Shown here piece after piece: positions 16,996 to 18,947 of a stretch of DNA of 18,947 nucleotides. The position numbers and the translations under genes were made by a program. Position 1 is the first letter of the stretch. Every line of letters starts with the position of its first letter. This stretch comes from a virus (taxonomy: Duplodnaviria > Heunggongvirae > Uroviricota > Caudoviricetes): positions 1-18,947 of IMG/VR virus record IMGVR_UViG_2547132415_000019. One strand, written 5' to 3'. Under the pieces are notes generated by a model. The model was not told the origin of the DNA. It saw only the letters and a program-made list of their open reading frames with translations, and searched no databases.

Positions 16996-17646
16996 ATGAG
17001 CCTGAGTCCCGCACGGCAGCATCGCCTGCGCGTTCAGGCTGAACAGGCCGCCCGCGAGGGCGGCAGCGTTCGCCACGCGTCGGGCTATGACCTGATGCTG
17101 CTGCAACTGGCGGAAGACCGCCGCCGTCTCAAGGGCGTTCAGTCCACGGTCAAAAAAGCGGAAATCAAGGTGGAGCTGCTGCCGAAGTACGCCGCCTGGG
17201 CGGAGGGTGTCCTGGCTGCCGGAGGCGCTCAACAGGATGACGTGCTGATGTACGTGATGCTGTGGCGCATTGATGCCGGAGATTATGCCGGGGCGCTGGA
17301 GATCGGGCGTCACGCCCTGCGTCATGGCTGGGTGATGCCGTTAGGTAACCGCAACGTGCAGACCGTGCTGGCAGAGGAAATGGCAGATGCAGCCCAGAGC
17401 GCAATGCTTGCCGCCACCGGCTTTGATGCCGATCTGTTGCTGCAGACCCTGGAGCTGACAGACGGTATGGATATGCCGGACCAGTCACGGGCGCGTCTGC
17501 ATAAAGCGATTGGCGCTGTCCTGAGTGAAAGAAATCCGGCGTCTGCCCTTAATCATCTCAACCATGCGTTACAGCTCGATCCCCGCTGTGGCGTGAAAAA
17601 AGACAAACAGCAGCTGGAGCGCAGACTGCGCAATGACAGCCGCTGA
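16996..17646 (+). CDS. M: Terminase small/endonuclease subunit (P2 gpM-like)
   Basis: 216 aa; position after the capsid gene as in P2. Confidence 0.8.
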   Translation: MSLSPARQHRLRVQAEQAAREGGSVRHASGYDLMLLQLAEDRRRLKGVQSTVKKAEIKVELLPKYAAWAEGVLAAGGAQQDDVLMYVMLWRIDAGDYAGALEIGRHALRHGWVMPLGNRNVQTVLAEEMADAAQSAMLAATGFDADLLLQTLELTDGMDMPDQSRARLHKAIGAVLSERNPASALNHLNHALQLDPRCGVKKDKQQLERRLRNDSR

Positions 17647-17741
17647 CAGAACGTGCCCCCGCGCACGGGCGGCACGGGGTGGCGAAAGGCACTGCCACAT
17701 CAAAACCCCGTCCACCGCCCTCTATTTCAGGAGAAAGCAGC

Positions 17742-18206
17742 ATGAAGTTTGTTGCGCCAGAACAGGCACCGGAACAGGCGGAAATCATCAGGAATACGCC
17801 GTTCTGGCCTGATGTGGACCTGTCGGAGTTTCGCAGTGTGATGCGCACTGACGGCACGGTGACGCAGCCGCGTTTAAAACAGGTTGCCCTGTCGGCAATT
17901 TCGGAGGTCAACGCAGAGCTGTATGAGTTTCGCAGACGCCAGCAGATGCTGGGGTATGCCTCGCTGGCAGAAGTCCCGGCGGAACAACTGGACGGCAAAA
18001 GCGAGCGCATTCAGCACTATTTCAACGCGGTTTATTGCTGGGCACGCGCCATGCTCAACGAACGTTACCAGGACTATGACGCCACGGCATCCGGTGCGAA
18101 GCGAGGCGAGGAACTGGCGGAAGCAAGCGGTGATTTATGGCGTGACGCCCGCTGGGCCATCAGCCGGGTGCAGGATGCGCCGCACTGCACAGTGGAGCTT
18201 ATCTGA
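17742..18206 (+). CDS. L: Head completion/stabilisation protein (P2 gpL-like)
   Basis: AGGAGA about 6 nt upstream of the ATG at 17742; 154 aa; P2 order. The ORF-track start at 17679 lacks an RBS. Confidence 0.75.
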   Translation: MKFVAPEQAPEQAEIIRNTPFWPDVDLSEFRSVMRTDGTVTQPRLKQVALSAISEVNAELYEFRRRQQMLGYASLAEVPAEQLDGKSERIQHYFNAVYCWARAMLNERYQDYDATASGAKRGEELAEASGDLWRDARWAISRVQDAPHCTVELI

Positions 18207-18409
18207 TGAAAGTGCGTGCGCATCAGTATGACACGGTGGACGCACTTTGCTGGCGTCATTACGGGCGCACGCAGGGTGTCACGGAGCAGGTACTGAAGGC
18301 AAATCCGGGGCTTGCCGAATACGGCCCCTTTTTACCTCACGGGCTGCAGGTGGAGCTGCCGGACATTCCGACAACCACCACCGTGCAGACCGTCCAGCTA
18401 TGGGACTGA
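18206..18409 (+). CDS. X: Tail protein X (P2 gpX-like)
   Basis: 67 aa, the same length as P2 X; start overlaps the L stop (TGATG). Confidence 0.7.
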   Translation: MKVRAHQYDTVDALCWRHYGRTQGVTEQVLKANPGLAEYGPFLPHGLQVELPDIPTTTTVQTVQLWD

Positions 18410-18412
18410 ATT

Positions 18413-18628
18413 ATGACGCTTGAGCGAATCAGCGCCTTTATCACGTATTGCATCGCCGTCGTGCTGGCCTGGCTGGGCGATTTGTCCATCAAGGATGCCT
18501 CAACGCTGGGCGGCCTGATGATCGGTGTGCTGATGCTGGCTATCAACTGGTACTACAAACACAAAGCCTACCAGCTTCTGCGCGACGGGCAGATCTCGCG
18601 GGAGGACTATGAATCCATCAATCGTTAA
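18413..18628 (+). CDS. Putative holin (small membrane protein)
   Basis: 71 aa with hydrophobic segments (ISAFITYCIAVVLAWLG; LGGLMIGVLMLAINWYY) and a charged C-terminus, immediately upstream of and overlapping the endolysin gene. Confidence 0.55.
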   Translation: MTLERISAFITYCIAVVLAWLGDLSIKDASTLGGLMIGVLMLAINWYYKHKAYQLLRDGQISREDYESINR

Positions 18629-18947
18629 ACGCTGCCTTGTCGGGGCCGTGCTGGCTATTGCTGCCACGCTGCCGGGGTTTCAGCAGCTTCACACCTCCGA
18701 GGAGGGACTGAAACTGATCGCCGATTATGAAGGCTGTCGTCTGCAGCCGTATCAGTGCAGCGCGGGTGTCTGGACCGACGGCATTGGTAATACGTCGGGC
18801 GTCATTCCCGGCAAAATTATTACGGAACGACAGGCAGCTGAAGGGCTGATCTCCAACGTGCTACGAGTGGAGCGGGCGCTGGAAAGGTGTGTGAAGCAAC
18901 AGCCGCCGCAGAAGGTGTATGACGCTACGGTGTCGTTTGCCTTCAAC
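18609..18947 (+). CDS. Endolysin (phage lysozyme, T4-lysozyme-like fold) with N-terminal signal-anchor (SAR-like) segment; partial, continues past the window end
   Basis: MNPSIVKRCLVGAVLAIAATLPGF followed by the lysozyme catalytic pattern EEGLKLIADYEGCRLQPYQCSAGVWTDGIGNT. No stop codon before the window end. Confidence 0.8.
   Translation, partial: MNPSIVKRCLVGAVLAIAATLPGFQQLHTSEEGLKLIADYEGCRLQPYQCSAGVWTDGIGNTSGVIPGKIITERQAAEGLISNVLRVERALERCVKQQPPQKVYDATVSFAFN

Larger units (their letters stand above)
1..18947. mobile_element. P2/186-like prophage segment, integrase end through lysis genes; att sites outside window
   Basis: Gene order int - cI - apl/cox-like - cII - small ORFs - TraR-like - Dam - A, then Q/P divergent from O-N-M-L-X-holin-endolysin, matches P2-family architecture as I remember it. 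Confidence 0.9.

Noticed and set aside
16843-17488. Minus-strand ORFs of 160 and 107 aa
   Set aside because: Antisense to the terminase small subunit gene; low-complexity.
1-18947. Looked for CRISPR repeats, tRNA/rRNA genes and IS/transposase genes
   Set aside because: No regularly spaced direct repeats, no tRNA-like or rRNA-like sequence and no transposase-like ORF were evident; the att site (often a tRNA) would lie beyond the window start.

Overview
The window is a contiguous piece of a P2/186-like (Peduovirus-type) temperate prophage from an enterobacterial host, read by eye from the ORF track without any database search. From left to right it carries a tyrosine integrase (minus strand, its 3' end at position 1, so the att site lies just outside the window), a CI-type repressor, an Apl/Cox-like and a CII-like regulator, small early genes, a TraR-like zinc finger, a Dam-type methyltransferase, the A rolling-circle replication protein, a cargo region, and then the late cluster Q-P / O-N-M-L-X-holin-endolysin, with the endolysin running off the window end. 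Two AT-rich cargo insertions stand out. The first is a KAP-family P-loop NTPase plus a small Cys-rich secreted peptide, sitting inside the cI-int lysogenic operon. The second occupies the A-to-Q slot where P2 carries tin/old: a LexA-box-controlled tum/DinI-like module, a small hypothetical, a single-pass membrane protein, and a translationally coupled phosphoribosyltransferase (PRTase) + DprA/Smf-like pair that I consider the most likely anti-phage system here. No rRNA, tRNA, CRISPR array or transposase was seen. All coordinates come from the supplied ORF track and manual reading; family assignments rest on motifs and recalled sequences and need confirmation.
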